In this document: piece by piece, positions 19,954-30,383 of the stretch | How the letters are laid out: the number at the start of each line of letters is the position of its first letter | How positions within the stretch are numbered: the stretch's first letter is position 1 | Virus record (IMG/VR): IMGVR_UViG_3300034106_004008 | Span: 1-64,000 of that record | Direction: 5' to 3' (one strand) | Length of the DNA stretch: 64,000 nt | From: an uncultured virus (IMG/VR IMGVR_UViG_3300034106_004008) | Taxonomy: Duplodnaviria > Heunggongvirae > Uroviricota > Caudoviricetes | Made by a program: the position numbers and the translations under genes | Notes under the pieces: model-generated | Seen by the model: the letters and a program-made list of their open reading frames with translations, nothing else | Told to the model about the DNA's origin: nothing | Databases searched by the model: none

Positions 19954-20577
19954 TTAATTGTGCATATCAATTTGAACCGCCCACCACTGCTCGGGGTTCT
20001 CCAAAGCCTGCGAGGGGTCGTTCGTGTGATTGACGACATCGTAGACATTACTCTCGAAAGAGAAATTATCATACTTTAAGTCACGATAGATACCTGCGTA
20101 GTACCCTGACATATCGTACTTGTCCGCACTATCTTTCTTGGCCTCAATCATTTTATTCCAAATGGTTTCAGCCTCCGCCACCATATCTTTCTTCCAATCC
20201 TGAATGACGGGAATGCAATCAGTCAACGGGAGACAATCATCCTCAAATCCGTCACTGATATAACTGCTGCGAGAATATGGGTTCTGACCTTTCCCGCCAA
20301 TGCTTTCCCAAATCTCTTGCAAACCCTGTGCTTGCTCCTCAACCATTTTGGTTGACAAGAATGGGCTATCCTCATTTGGATATGCTTGTTCGAAAAGAAC
20401 CTTTGCTTTCTCGTAGAAAGTTTTCGATAGGGTGTTCAGGTTACCGCTCCAACGGCCACCGATTACGAACCAATCCCATACATCGCCATCCCCATAGTGG
20501 TCAAGAAACTCGTTGGCTTGGCCAATGGCGTCATCGCGGTCATCCGCTTTTACTAATAAGATTACTCCTTTGTGCAT
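19954..20577 (-). CDS. conserved phage protein (WDWFVIGGRWSG ... DMHN)
   Basis: recurrent phage motif; own promoter and terminator. Confidence 0.8.
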   Translation of the reverse strand: MHKGVILLVKADDRDDAIGQANEFLDHYGDGDVWDWFVIGGRWSGNLNTLSKTFYEKAKVLFEQAYPNEDSPFLSTKMVEEQAQGLQEIWESIGGKGQNPYSRSSYISDGFEDDCLPLTDCIPVIQDWKKDMVAEAETIWNKMIEAKKDSADKYDMSGYYAGIYRDLKYDNFSFESNVYDVVNHTNDPSQALENPEQWWAVQIDMHN

Positions 20578-20622
20578 ATATTTTGTTTTTGATTTATGAA
20601 TACAAATATAAATGGAAAAAAT

Positions 20623-20967
20623 TTAATGTGCAAATAATTTTTCAAGTGCAATTCTTCCATTCACCATGTTCTCAATCATGCCGCGAGATATCGTAGCTTC
20701 CTCACCCAACATCATATCAACATAGTCGTCAAGACAAATCCCTGCGCACCATGTGACGGTAGCTGTTCTAGATGTAACCTTCGTCACCTGATACCAAGCT
20801 CGACCGTCAGCGACAGGCCTGTAAAAGTAACGGTAAAGTAAGGGTTCACCTTTGGCTTCCTGAGCTTTGTCAATGTCCTGTAAATGTTTCAGGTTGATTT
20901 CAGAATTCTTGATGCACTTGTCGATGTCTGACCAATCATCAATTGGAGCTTGCTGTTTATATTTCAT
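20623..20967 (-). CDS. hypothetical protein
   Basis: VADG.A.Y motif; own promoter. Confidence 0.75.
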   Translation of the reverse strand: MKYKQQAPIDDWSDIDKCIKNSEINLKHLQDIDKAQEAKGEPLLYRYFYRPVADGRAWYQVTKVTSRTATVTWCAGICLDDYVDMMLGEEATISRGMIENMVNGRIALEKLFAH

Positions 20968-21073
20968 TGCTTTTGATTTTGAATACAAATGTAAATGTAA
21001 TTTTTTTAACCTGCAAATTTTTTTTTGTCTAATTTGCTTGACATTTATCTATTTTTTGTTTAATATTGTGGAC

Positions 21074-21244
21074 ATGAAAAGAATTCTCATGACACTTGCA
21101 ATTGTCGCTTCAATGTTGACAGTTGTATCTTGCGGATCGGAATCCACCGAGTCAACAACAGCTACGGACTCAACCGCTGTTGTTACCGATACCACAAGCG
21201 TAGACACTACGAATGTTTCCACAACCACAGACTCGGTACAATAA
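21074..21244 (+). CDS. small Thr/Ser-rich lipoprotein
   Basis: lipobox VVSC then low-complexity T/S/D tail typical of Bacteroidetes lipoproteins. Confidence 0.75.
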   Translation: MKRILMTLAIVASMLTVVSCGSESTESTTATDSTAVVTDTTSVDTTNVSTTTDSVQ

Positions 21245-21277
21245 AAAATGAGGGGATGTAAAAGTCCCCTCTTTTTT

Positions 21278-21562
21278 TTATATACAGGGTAAGAATTCAG
21301 ATGGTTTGAAACCATCCTTGTTCCACTTGAAGTTCTCAACGAGTTCCTTCGATACAGTGTGACTCGCTTCATTCCTTCCATCAAAACGATATTCTTCATT
21401 GGCGCAGTTCTCAAGCCATGCCAGACATAGTTTTGTGAATGACTGTTGAAGTGTGCGATGTTCCCTGTTCATTTCCTCAATGAATTCCTTCTCTTTGCTC
21501 GAGAAACTGTTCAGGTAATTGGTTACGGTTTCTACCGTTTCTTTTGCTGTGGGCTTTGACAT
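21278..21562 (-). CDS. conserved phage protein (HRTLQQ / DGRNE)
   Basis: own promoter; recurrent motif. Confidence 0.8.
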   Translation of the reverse strand: MSKPTAKETVETVTNYLNSFSSKEKEFIEEMNREHRTLQQSFTKLCLAWLENCANEEYRFDGRNEASHTVSKELVENFKWNKDGFKPSEFLPCI

Positions 21563-21617
21563 ATTTGTTTTGATTTAATGATGCAAATATAAGTATAATT
21601 TTTTTAACCTGCAAATT

Positions 21618-21830
21618 TTATTCAGGAATTGGTGATAAAATTTCACCAGGTAGGATTGGATTGTCGTTCCAGTCCATCCAGACACAGTACTTGTTCCCGT
21701 TATATTCATAAAGAAATTCCTGAGACCCGTTTGATTGCATCTCATTCTCTTCGTTAACATCACAGGGCCACCTGTCGATCAGGTTTCCTTCTTCAACAAT
21801 ATGTGCTGTCAGGGCTTTACAGGTCGTCAT
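21618..21830 (-). CDS. hypothetical protein
   Basis: ATG overlapping upstream gene end. Confidence 0.6.
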   Translation of the reverse strand: MTTCKALTAHIVEEGNLIDRWPCDVNEENEMQSNGSQEFLYEYNGNKYCVWMDWNDNPILPGEILSPIPE

Positions 21831-22032
21831 AATCCTCGATTGAATTGGTTTCACACTCACCTGTTTCCGTATCAACATTAAAGGTGTTCTCAAAGTTCTC
21901 ACAATCTTTCACCAGTACATTCCAGTTTGGATTGTTCTGAATGTTTGCGATAAACTGCCTCGCGGCGTCTGTTGGGTTCTCCGCTTCGTATGTAAATGAA
22001 ATCACACACTCGTAAAATTTTGGTTTAGCCAT
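21817..22032 (-). CDS. hypothetical protein
   Basis: own promoter. Confidence 0.7.
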   Translation of the reverse strand: MAKPKFYECVISFTYEAENPTDAARQFIANIQNNPNWNVLVKDCENFENTFNVDTETGECETNSIEDYDDL

Positions 22033-22179
22033 TTCGTTTTGTTTTGAATGCAAATATAAATGAATTAAATTTAATGTGCAAATCTGAAATCAACTTTTTT
22101 TGCTGTTGATCCTGGTATAATCAGAAAAGGAGACACTAGGTCTCCTCTTCATCATCAAAACAAAACATCACACAAAGAC

Positions 22180-22482
22180 TCACCTCATAGGTGCGGAATT
22201 AATTTGGTACCAAACATGCTCGTAAATCGCGACCATATCATCAGTGTCCAAATCCATGTAATCCCATACCTCACCTGTTTCGGTTTTAACGAATACTCCG
22301 CCGTTGTCGTAACCAATGGTTTCAACTTTCATCGTACCTTCTGCTGTCGATATGGCAATGCCTTCGTTCTTGCAGTTGTAAATGGCTGGCGGAATCGCGG
22401 GCTTAAGTAAAGCTTCGGTTTGTTGGGCTAGCCTCACCCGAATCTTGCCAACCTCTTCATTGAAATCAGTATAGTTTGTCAT
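22180..22482 (-). CDS. hypothetical protein
   Basis: own promoter and terminator. Confidence 0.75.
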   Translation of the reverse strand: MTNYTDFNEEVGKIRVRLAQQTEALLKPAIPPAIYNCKNEGIAISTAEGTMKVETIGYDNGGVFVKTETGEVWDYMDLDTDDMVAIYEHVWYQINSAPMR

Positions 22483-22511
22483 TGTGTTATGCAAATATAA
22501 GTGAATTTAAT

Positions 22512-22832
22512 TTAACTCGCAAACTTGTCTTCAAGTTTTTTCAACTCATTTTCGAATTCATCCATCATACTATCAGTATCAAACACAGGCTTCCCTGTTT
22601 CATCATCCTCATAGTAGTAAACACCAACCTGAATGCTCTCAGGGATTGCATTCTCGTCCTCGTCACGGACAACCTTGCGAACAAGCGGTTCGAGAATGTT
22701 TTCGAATTCATCCGTATTCAAAGTGGTCATATCCATTGGGAGTTTATCCTCAACAGCCATTTGAACAAGGGCTTCTTTTATTTTCAGGGCGTAGTTTGAA
22801 CATACAGCCGCTGTTCTCATTGATTTTTCCAT
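22512..22832 (-). CDS. hypothetical protein (probably leaderless)
   Basis: ATG 4 nt after promoter; ends FAS* inside next promoter. Confidence 0.75.
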   Translation of the reverse strand: MEKSMRTAAVCSNYALKIKEALVQMAVEDKLPMDMTTLNTDEFENILEPLVRKVVRDEDENAIPESIQVGVYYYEDDETGKPVFDTDSMMDEFENELKKLEDKFAS

Positions 22833-22886
22833 ACAGCAAAGATAAGTATAATTTTTTTAATGTGCAAATTTGAATACAAAAAGATT

Positions 22887-23081
22887 TTAATTGTCGAATT
22901 CAGGGTCGTAGGGACATTCATTGTCGTACCAAATTTCCTCGATGTTTTCATTCAGTTCTTCCTGAACCTTCTGAATGAATTTAGGTCTGGCAGAATTCAA
23001 AATCTCTTCCTCACTTGCATTCTCATCCACGATGACTCTTGTCATCAGGGATATTGTAACCAGTTTTGCTACCTTACTCAT
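22887..23081 (-). CDS. hypothetical protein
   Basis: ATGA overlap. Confidence 0.7.
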   Translation of the reverse strand: MSKVAKLVTISLMTRVIVDENASEEEILNSARPKFIQKVQEELNENIEEIWYDNECPYDPEFDN

Positions 23082-23293
23082 ATCGCAACCTCCTCAATCT
23101 TGGTTAAGAAATAATCGTAGTAATCGTTGAAGATGTCTTGTGCTTCCTCTGTATAGATTGAGCAACCATTGTCCTCACGATACATTTCATCCTCATCCAC
23201 GATAAGACCCTTTGAGAACATCTCATCCTTTGTGGCTTCGTTGGCTAACTCACTTGCGAGTTCCAACTTGTTGATTTTAATAATATCTTCCAT
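23078..23293 (-). CDS. hypothetical protein
   Basis: YTEEAQDIFN motif; own promoter. Confidence 0.75.
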   Translation of the reverse strand: MEDIIKINKLELASELANEATKDEMFSKGLIVDEDEMYREDNGCSIYTEEAQDIFNDYYDYFLTKIEEVAI

Positions 23294-23346
23294 TGCGTTT
23301 TTGATTTGGAGGCAAATGTAAATGAAATAAATTTAATGTGCAAGTA

Positions 23347-23646
23347 TTAAAACATTTTTTCTTTCAACTCATTCGCTTTAGCGTAGTGCTTCTCAATTTG
23401 CTTCGCGAAACTAACCAACCTTGCTTTGGTTTTGGCGTATGCAAAGAACTGGCACATCTCACTATCAAACTTAATACCGCTACAATTCACATTGCGTTTA
23501 ACGGCTTCTTCGAAATCGTATGCACTTTCATATTTATGTCCGATGACCTCGGCTTTGGGAAAGCCCGTTATCGTCCATTCAGCCCCGTCCCAATCACCTT
23601 TATAGATTGACAGACCGATACTCGTGTTTATGTCTTTTGTTTTCAT
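23347..23646 (-). CDS. hypothetical protein (probably leaderless)
   Basis: ATG 4 nt after promoter. Confidence 0.7.
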   Translation of the reverse strand: MKTKDINTSIGLSIYKGDWDGAEWTITGFPKAEVIGHKYESAYDFEEAVKRNVNCSGIKFDSEMCQFFAYAKTKARLVSFAKQIEKHYAKANELKEKMF

Positions 23647-23652
23647 GTTGCG

Positions 23653-23922
23653 AATGTACATACAATATTTTTAACCCGCAAACTTTTTTACATCCATCAA
23701 CTGATTAATTTGCGAGAGCGATGCTTTAAGAAATAATTGTCTGAATACCTGTTCATCCATACAAACCCCATTGATGATATATTCCATTGTTTCCCCATCC
23801 ACATCAATAGCTAATAGATGTTCGATAATGTGGTCTGCTGATGATTTTTGATTTAAATCCATTTTAATTGTTTTGTAATACAAATGTACATACAATATTT
23901 TTAACCCGCAAACTTTTTTACA
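23653..23922. repeat. exact 40-bp direct repeat (23653-23692 and 23883-23922) flanking one gene
   Basis: aatgtacatacaatatttttaacccgcaaacttttttaca twice, 230 bp apart. Confidence 0.9.
23671..23862 (-). CDS. hypothetical protein
   Basis: DVDGETMEYII motif; between the two 40-bp repeats. Confidence 0.7.
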   Translation of the reverse strand: MDLNQKSSADHIIEHLLAIDVDGETMEYIINGVCMDEQVFRQLFLKASLSQINQLMDVKKFAG

Positions 23923-23997
23923 AAAAAATTTTTTTTACAGTAAAATTTGCAAGTTAAATTTATCACACTTATATTTGCATCATCAAAAAACAAAGCA

Positions 23998-24468
23998 ATG
24001 GACTTATACAAAGCACAAACACTCGCAAACGAACTCATGCAAAAGCATGGTATCAAACAACAAGGTTGGCGTTTCACCTTTGACAACGCAAGACGCAGAT
24101 TTGGTTGTTGCAAGTACCGAGCAAAGGTAATTACATTATCAAAGTATTTAACACATTTGAACGATGAAAAAGAAGTTAGAAATACAATCCTACACGAGAT
24201 TGCACACGCCCTCACACCAGGTCATCACCACGATAGAGTATGGAAAGCCAAAGCACAAGAAATTGGTTGCTCAGGCGATAGATGTTATAGTGGTAAGAGT
24301 GTTACAACGCCCGAATCACGCTATATTGCAGTTTGTTCGGGTTGTGGTCATACTCATAAGAAACATAGAGCAACACGCAATACATCTTCTTGCGGTTTTT
24401 GTTCGGGTGGTCGCTATAACCCTACATACAAATTGGAGTTCAAATTAAACCCAAAGTTTTTGGGTTAA
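23998..24468 (+). CDS. SprT-like zinc metalloprotease domain protein
   Basis: HEIAHA zinc motif, RRFGCC, C-terminal CxxC..CxxC. Confidence 0.88.
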   Translation: MDLYKAQTLANELMQKHGIKQQGWRFTFDNARRRFGCCKYRAKVITLSKYLTHLNDEKEVRNTILHEIAHALTPGHHHDRVWKAKAQEIGCSGDRCYSGKSVTTPESRYIAVCSGCGHTHKKHRATRNTSSCGFCSGGRYNPTYKLEFKLNPKFLG

Positions 24469-24529
24469 AATTTGCACATTAAATTTATTGCACTTATATT
24501 TGTATCATAATCAAAAACATATAATACCT

Positions 24530-24862
24530 ATGAAAAAAAATGAAGTTATTAAGTTAGTGAACGAGTCCGCAGGTTCATTGTTCACAAAGGAAGATGTCAT
24601 CAATCTTATTAACAAGGTTGAGGGTGAAAGTTCGGTAGACCTTAACGAGTTACGCGAAAGAGTTATCGCGATCGTTGAGGAAGCGGATCCAAGTGATATT
24701 GAAATCAGTGGATACCGCACTACATTCCGAATTACCAACGGAAACGAGATTGAGATTGATGATGCCGATTTTGATGCATCACATTATGTGAATGCAATCA
24801 CACACGACATCGGAGAGTTGTTCAGCAACATTGAAACAAAAGAAGAAGAAGTGGTTGAGTAA
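24530..24862 (+). CDS. hypothetical protein
   Basis: own promoter and terminator. Confidence 0.75.
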   Translation: MKKNEVIKLVNESAGSLFTKEDVINLINKVEGESSVDLNELRERVIAIVEEADPSDIEISGYRTTFRITNGNEIEIDDADFDASHYVNAITHDIGELFSNIETKEEEVVE

Positions 24863-24968
24863 TAAAACATTGAAAAGAAAGGGGAAGAAATTCCCCTTTT
24901 TTTTATCTTAAAATTTGCACATTAAATTTATTGTACTTATCTTTGCATCAACAAAAACAAAACAAGAT

Positions 24969-25484
24969 ATGATAAAAAATCTTTTCACCAAGGAGTCGCT
25001 TTCGGTTAGCGTGAACCGATTGAATGAAAACAAAATCCGTTTATGTATCAGTTCGGACTATTCGGGTTCATCACGCAAGTCGCAGTTGTATGTGAACGAG
25101 AAACGAATTGCTGAGGAAGTTGAAAACTTTTGGAAGTCAATCAAGACCAAAAAGTTGTTGTCAATGTCAGTATCATTCAGCGAAATTGATTGGTACGATG
25201 ATATGACCGACATTTACGAAACACCGATTGTTCGTATTGAGAGAGGTTTGAAGAAAGCAAAGGTATCACACCAAGAACACGGCTCAATACCAAAAGATTG
25301 GAGTGCTGATTTGTATTGCACATTCGCTGATACAACAACCAACACACCGATACTTGAAGTGGTTAAGAGTGCTTTGGGTTCATTCTTTGATAGCGAGGCG
25401 GAAAAGAAGTTCATTAAAGACCTTAAACCTTTCTTGCAGAAGAAGAAAACAAATGCGGGTTGGGAAGTTGAATACGCTTATTAA
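24969..25484 (+). CDS. hypothetical protein
   Basis: own promoter and terminator. Confidence 0.75.
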   Translation: MIKNLFTKESLSVSVNRLNENKIRLCISSDYSGSSRKSQLYVNEKRIAEEVENFWKSIKTKKLLSMSVSFSEIDWYDDMTDIYETPIVRIERGLKKAKVSHQEHGSIPKDWSADLYCTFADTTTNTPILEVVKSALGSFFDSEAEKKFIKDLKPFLQKKKTNAGWEVEYAY

Positions 25485-25577
25485 TCCGTAACGATTGAAT
25501 ACAAAGGGGATAAGAAATTATCCCTTTTTTTTGTAAAAAAATTTGCACATTAAATTTATTACACTTATCTTTGTACT

Positions 25578-25928
25578 ATGAAACAAACAATGAGAGAAAA
25601 ACTAATAGACGCCATTGTGGATATGGCGGGGGATGAAATCGAAACACCGCAAGATATGGTTAAGTATGCGAAGATGTCCGATGAACAATTGGTTGATGAG
25701 GTTATCAACATTGCGGAGTATTATCGCAGAGAGAGTAACGAAAGCACCGATTTTGAAATACCCGAAAGGTTAATTGCTTGTAAAACTATTTTGTTTGAAA
25801 TGAACAATGATTTGAAAGATTACAAAAACCAAAAGGGTATCGGAACGATGAGTGATGTTGAGTGGGGTGATTTGTTTATTGAAAGGATTACCGCTTCATT
25901 GATGTCTTACGAAAATTTGTGGAAGTAA
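25578..25928 (+). CDS. hypothetical protein (probably leaderless)
   Basis: ATG 4 nt after promoter. Confidence 0.75.
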   Translation: MKQTMREKLIDAIVDMAGDEIETPQDMVKYAKMSDEQLVDEVINIAEYYRRESNESTDFEIPERLIACKTILFEMNNDLKDYKNQKGIGTMSDVEWGDLFIERITASLMSYENLWK

Positions 25929-25929
25929 T

Positions 25930-26163
25930 ATGGCAAAAGCATTTAAACCTTCGGTGAGTTATAGAAACCAACAAGGAAAAGATGTTTCTTTGAGGGTGAA
26001 TACATACGCAGAAGTTAAGAAGCGTATGAATGCATTTATGAACGATAGTTTTGATGAATACATTTGCGTTTACCGACACAGGAGAGGTGAATGGGGCGAA
26101 TGGTTTGAACACTGGATTAAACAGGGTAAAAAAAATGTAATAATAAAACAAGGGTGGCAATGA
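25930..26163 (+). CDS. hypothetical protein
   Basis: RRGEWGEWFE motif; operon. Confidence 0.7.
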   Translation: MAKAFKPSVSYRNQQGKDVSLRVNTYAEVKKRMNAFMNDSFDEYICVYRHRRGEWGEWFEHWIKQGKKNVIIKQGWQ

Positions 26164-26324
26164 TGAACATTTGGATAGACAATAACACAGGGATTACCTA
26201 TAAAGGTGATGAAGCAATGGTAGAGTTTTTGCGTTCCCAAGGTGATGAGAACTATAATAGTGTTAGTGATGAGTATCTTATAAATGAAGCACACTCACAA
26301 GGTTGGATAAAATTATTGAATTAA
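26160..26324 (+). CDS. small hypothetical protein
   Basis: 54-aa ORF with ATGA overlap, below track cutoff. Confidence 0.55.
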   Translation: MMNIWIDNNTGITYKGDEAMVEFLRSQGDENYNSVSDEYLINEAHSQGWIKLLN

Positions 26325-26379
26325 AATTTGCACATTAAAAAAATTACACTTACCTTTGTATTCATAAATCAAAACAGAT

Positions 26380-26985
26380 ATGGGACAGTATTACAAACCT
26401 TGTATTCTCGCTGAAAAGACGGGCGATGATGAAAAAGAAACGGTCTTAGGGTGGATGTATTCACACAAGTACAACAACGGGCTCAAACTTATGGAGCACT
26501 CGTGGATGCGTAACGATTTTGTGAACACTTTTGAAAAGTTGTTATCACCGAGAGGAAAGTTTAACAAAGCCCGTGTAGTTTGGGCTGGTGATTATGCAGA
26601 CGGGGAAAAAGGTTTAACTCACCAAGACGAAGAGGGGAAAGTTAGAGAGGTTAATCTTTACGACCTTTGCGATGATGATAACGAGCTCGCACCTACCCGT
26701 GTTAATCGTTCAAGGTATCAGTACATTATCAACCATACCAAAAAGCAGTATGTTGATAAAACAAAAGTACCCGTTAGCGATTATTGGGAAGATAAGAACG
26801 GGAAAAAGTGGCCGTTCACAATTCACCCTTTACCTTTGCTAACTTGCGAGGGCAACGGGCGAGGCGGTGGAGATTTTAGAGGGGATGAAAGAGGGCAGGT
26901 TGGAGTTTGGGCTCGTCATTCAATTTCGGTTGGAAATAGAATACCGAAAGGATATACAGAGTTCATTTTTGACCTTACAGAATAA
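26380..26985 (+). CDS. conserved phage protein (MGQYY / GLKLMEHS / HPLPLLT.EGNGRGGGD)
   Basis: recurrent phage motifs; own promoter and terminator. Confidence 0.8.
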   Translation: MGQYYKPCILAEKTGDDEKETVLGWMYSHKYNNGLKLMEHSWMRNDFVNTFEKLLSPRGKFNKARVVWAGDYADGEKGLTHQDEEGKVREVNLYDLCDDDNELAPTRVNRSRYQYIINHTKKQYVDKTKVPVSDYWEDKNGKKWPFTIHPLPLLTCEGNGRGGGDFRGDERGQVGVWARHSISVGNRIPKGYTEFIFDLTE

Positions 26986-27157
26986 TATATTGTTGCGTTT
27001 TTTGATTACAACAATAGGGGGCGGTGGAAACATTGCCCCTTTCTTTTTATGGATCCACCAGGTTTGAAAAGTTTTTTAAATTTTTTTGTGATAAAATTTG
27101 CGAGTTAAAAAAATTACACTCATATTTGCACCAATCAAAAACAAAAAATAATTCTTT

Positions 27158-27985
27158 ATGAAAAAAACAGAGAAAATCGGGCGTAAAAATTCAAGGAATT
27201 TTGCGTTCAAAACCTTACTCAAAGAAACGATTGAGTATGATGTGAATGGTAATGTAATTTGTTACCCTGCGATTGTTGAAACAACTAATTATGAGTTGTT
27301 AAAACTATTAAAGTTTAACCGAAAAGTATCACCTTCTCATGTCCAAAAAATGGCTTCAAGCGTTACACAATTAGGTGCAGTTCTTCGTGATGTGGTTGTT
27401 GTTAAAATCGGTATGTCTTACAATGTGGCTGATGGACAACATTTAACCACCGCCTTAAAGGGTGTTGAATTACCTATTCGTTGCAAACTTATTGAGGTGA
27501 AAGACGAAAAGGAAGCGTTGATTGTTGTAACGAAATTAAATAGCAGTTCTCGTAATTGGGGTATATCCGACTTTATTTGTGGTTGGTCGGATTTCAACAA
27601 AGATGTAAAAGTTATTAGTCAATTAACGGAGGATTTCTCTCTCACCCACACAACGATTGCCGCTTTGCTCACAAATTCAACCACCGCTTTGGCAAAGAAG
27701 CAAATCATAAACGGGAGTTTCAAAGTTGTTGATATGCAAGAAGCAATTAAGCGTATCAATGCGATTGATTTCTTCTACAATGCAACGGGGTTTGTTCGCA
27801 GTCAATATGCGACAACGGGGTTGATTAACTTTATGGGTAACTTGGGAGTTGAGAAATACTACAAGAGCCAAAACAAGTTTATTGAATGTATTAAAAGGGG
27901 TATGAAGAAACGCGACTTTAACGGAAAAACCTATGGTCGCAAAGAAGATTACCTTGAATTTTTCAACGCTTGTTGGAATAACTAA
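27158..27985 (+). CDS. ParB-like N-terminal domain protein
   Basis: NRKV..HV and VADGQHL motifs. Confidence 0.6.
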   Translation: MKKTEKIGRKNSRNFAFKTLLKETIEYDVNGNVICYPAIVETTNYELLKLLKFNRKVSPSHVQKMASSVTQLGAVLRDVVVVKIGMSYNVADGQHLTTALKGVELPIRCKLIEVKDEKEALIVVTKLNSSSRNWGISDFICGWSDFNKDVKVISQLTEDFSLTHTTIAALLTNSTTALAKKQIINGSFKVVDMQEAIKRINAIDFFYNATGFVRSQYATTGLINFMGNLGVEKYYKSQNKFIECIKRGMKKRDFNGKTYGRKEDYLEFFNACWNN

Positions 27986-28133
27986 AAGTATGAACAAGAT
28001 AAGGGGGCGAAAGTCCCCTTTTTCTTTTTAACTTGATTGCCAGAGAAAAGAAAAGTATTTCAAATTATTTTTTGTGAATACTTGCAAGTTAAATTTATTA
28101 CACTTACATTTGCACTATCAAAAACGAAACAAT

Positions 28134-28811
28134 ATGAAATTAGTAATCAACAATGTAGAGTTCCCCTTTGACTTGGGGTGTCGTGTTCTAAAACTGAAAC
28201 ACAAAGAGGATTGTCCAATGGAACAACTTGAAGATTTTTGGAACGATATTGTTCCCTTGTCTTTCAATGAGATTGCACGATTAAACAACCTTGAACAAAG
28301 GCGAATTGGTGTTTTACATTTGGGTTTGGACAAAATTGTCGCTGATGTAAACCCAAAATTGTTATCCAAAAAAACACTCAAAAAATCAACCACTTGGGTT
28401 GATACCAATGGTAAATTGGTTGAACACAAGTTTAACGATACTTATGAATTGTACGAGGTTGAGGGTAGTTATTTTAACGAGGGGTTGAATGGTAGGGGTA
28501 TGGAAAGTTGTCATTATGTCCGTTGCAAAGATACAAGCACCGATAGAGAATATCTTATTTGGGTTGATTTGCAGTCCGTATATCGCACAAACGATTTGGG
28601 GGATATGTGGAAGTTTGACAAAAAGAAAGTAAACGCTATACAATGTATTGCGTGGACTATCCAAACCGATATTCCAATGGGTAAGATTGAGAAGATTATC
28701 CGACAAGGGGATTGTATTATGATTAAACCAAAGGGTAAATACCAATCTTTGGGTAGTGCAAGACACTTGACCGAGAAAGAGTACAAAACATTACTTGTTG
28801 CAGAAAGTTAA
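28134..28811 (+). CDS. conserved hypothetical protein (DUF6745-like)
   Basis: NLEQRR, RCKDTSTDREY..WV, AIQCIAWT, RQGD motifs. Confidence 0.6.
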   Translation: MKLVINNVEFPFDLGCRVLKLKHKEDCPMEQLEDFWNDIVPLSFNEIARLNNLEQRRIGVLHLGLDKIVADVNPKLLSKKTLKKSTTWVDTNGKLVEHKFNDTYELYEVEGSYFNEGLNGRGMESCHYVRCKDTSTDREYLIWVDLQSVYRTNDLGDMWKFDKKKVNAIQCIAWTIQTDIPMGKIEKIIRQGDCIMIKPKGKYQSLGSARHLTEKEYKTLLVAES

Positions 28812-28873
28812 AAAAATACTTGCACATTAAAAAAATTATACTTATCTTTGTACCAATCAAAAACATAAATGAT

Positions 28874-29143
28874 ATGAAAAAGAGTTTAACAAAGCACACT
28901 TTGTTGGTGGGCGAGGGAACAAACCAACACACACTCTATGGCAATTTCGCTATGGACTTGCAAGAGAAAACCGATTTCCCCGAAGTCCTTGTCAAAGAGG
29001 ATAGTGAACTGAAACACGAAAAACCGAATGGTGCGTGGAGTAACGAACACAAAACCTTGTTAGTGGACAAAGGGGATTGGAAAATGGGTAAACAAGTTGA
29101 GTACAACCCATTCAGCCAACAAGTTACACGAATTTGGGATTGA
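28874..29143 (+). CDS. conserved hypothetical protein (GEG..QH / LKHE / QVEY.P)
   Basis: motif of the family that usually neighbours DUF6745-like genes. Confidence 0.65.
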   Translation: MKKSLTKHTLLVGEGTNQHTLYGNFAMDLQEKTDFPEVLVKEDSELKHEKPNGAWSNEHKTLLVDKGDWKMGKQVEYNPFSQQVTRIWD

Positions 29144-29266
29144 GGATTTTGTTTGTTTATTTGATAAAGAAAAGAGGGTGGAAAGAAATTTCCCCCTTTT
29201 TTTGTGTTAAAATTTGCGAGTTAAATTTATTACACTTACATTTGCAATATCAAAAAACAAAACAAT

Positions 29267-29683
29267 ATGGCTAATCCGTTAATTCATTCAAAGTCCAGCG
29301 TTAAGCGTTGGGGTGGTAAAGTGGAAGATTACTTGGCTATCCACGAACTTATTGATAGTCCGAAAGCGACTATGAACAACAATTCAGCAAGGGTATTAAC
29401 ACACAATACTTGGTTTGCTTACACAATCATTCCAAAGGTGTTTGGTTACAATATAACCAATTCAAGTGGTAGAAGTGTAGACACGATTGATATTGCTATG
29501 TTGCATATCTTGGAAGATTTCCGTATGAAGTTTGTGCCGACTGCACAGGACTATCTTAAACACTTTGATTTGCCCGATTGGATACACAATGGGGTTAAGT
29601 TGGTGGACAACCCCGAAAGTATTGAAACTGCAAATGTTTTCTTGGATAAATTAAGAAAAGAGAACGAAGAACTTGCAAGTTAA
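29267..29683 (+). CDS. DUF6915-like protein
   Basis: ANPLIHSKSSVKRWGGKVEDYLAIH..D motif. Confidence 0.7.
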   Translation: MANPLIHSKSSVKRWGGKVEDYLAIHELIDSPKATMNNNSARVLTHNTWFAYTIIPKVFGYNITNSSGRSVDTIDIAMLHILEDFRMKFVPTAQDYLKHFDLPDWIHNGVKLVDNPESIETANVFLDKLRKENEELAS

Positions 29684-29726
29684 ATTTATTTCATTTATCT
29701 TTGTACCAATCAAAAACAAAAACGAT

Positions 29727-30383
29727 ATGCAAGAAATTATTGAAAAATGGAAAGCCCAAAAAATCGCTTTCGCTGAATTTCATTTCAGTTGTGGTGGCGA
29801 TAGTATGAATGACACAAACCTTTTGTTCCACGATAAAAAGGGCGAGATTGTGAATGATGAAAGTGGTTTAACTGACTACTTTGACAATGAGGTTTACAAC
29901 CAAGTTCAGTTTTATGAAGCGTCTGACGGACACTATATGGGCGAAAGTGGTATTGTCCGTATTGAATTGAGTGATGAAGAAGATGATTTCACTTACTCAA
30001 AATCGGCTCAATCGGAGTGGTGCGAAAGGTATAGTGGTAATGTACTTTGTGAGGTTACAAAGGAACAAGCCGACTTTCTAACTGAATACATTGGTGGTAT
30101 GTCGCACACTAATTGGAACGGAAAGAATACTGACTACAAAAAGGATTTCATTCTTACCGAAGAAAACGAACAAATGATTGAGCAGTTGCACGAAAGTTTC
30201 CAAGATTGTGCAAACGATTGGACACCCGAACACAAGGGCGAAATTACTGATGATAGCGTAAACTACAATACGGCAGAAGATGAGGGCGAGAATGGTTTAG
30301 AGGTTGTTGAACAAGAGGGCAAGTTGTATGTGAAGTTGTATGTTGATTGTGAGGTTTACGAGTATAGTGATAGTGATGATTAA
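29727..30383 (+). CDS. DUF6878-like acidic protein
   Basis: FSCGGDS motif; next to DUF6915-like gene. Confidence 0.55.
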   Translation: MQEIIEKWKAQKIAFAEFHFSCGGDSMNDTNLLFHDKKGEIVNDESGLTDYFDNEVYNQVQFYEASDGHYMGESGIVRIELSDEEDDFTYSKSAQSEWCERYSGNVLCEVTKEQADFLTEYIGGMSHTNWNGKNTDYKKDFILTEENEQMIEQLHESFQDCANDWTPEHKGEITDDSVNYNTAEDEGENGLEVVEQEGKLYVKLYVDCEVYEYSDSDD

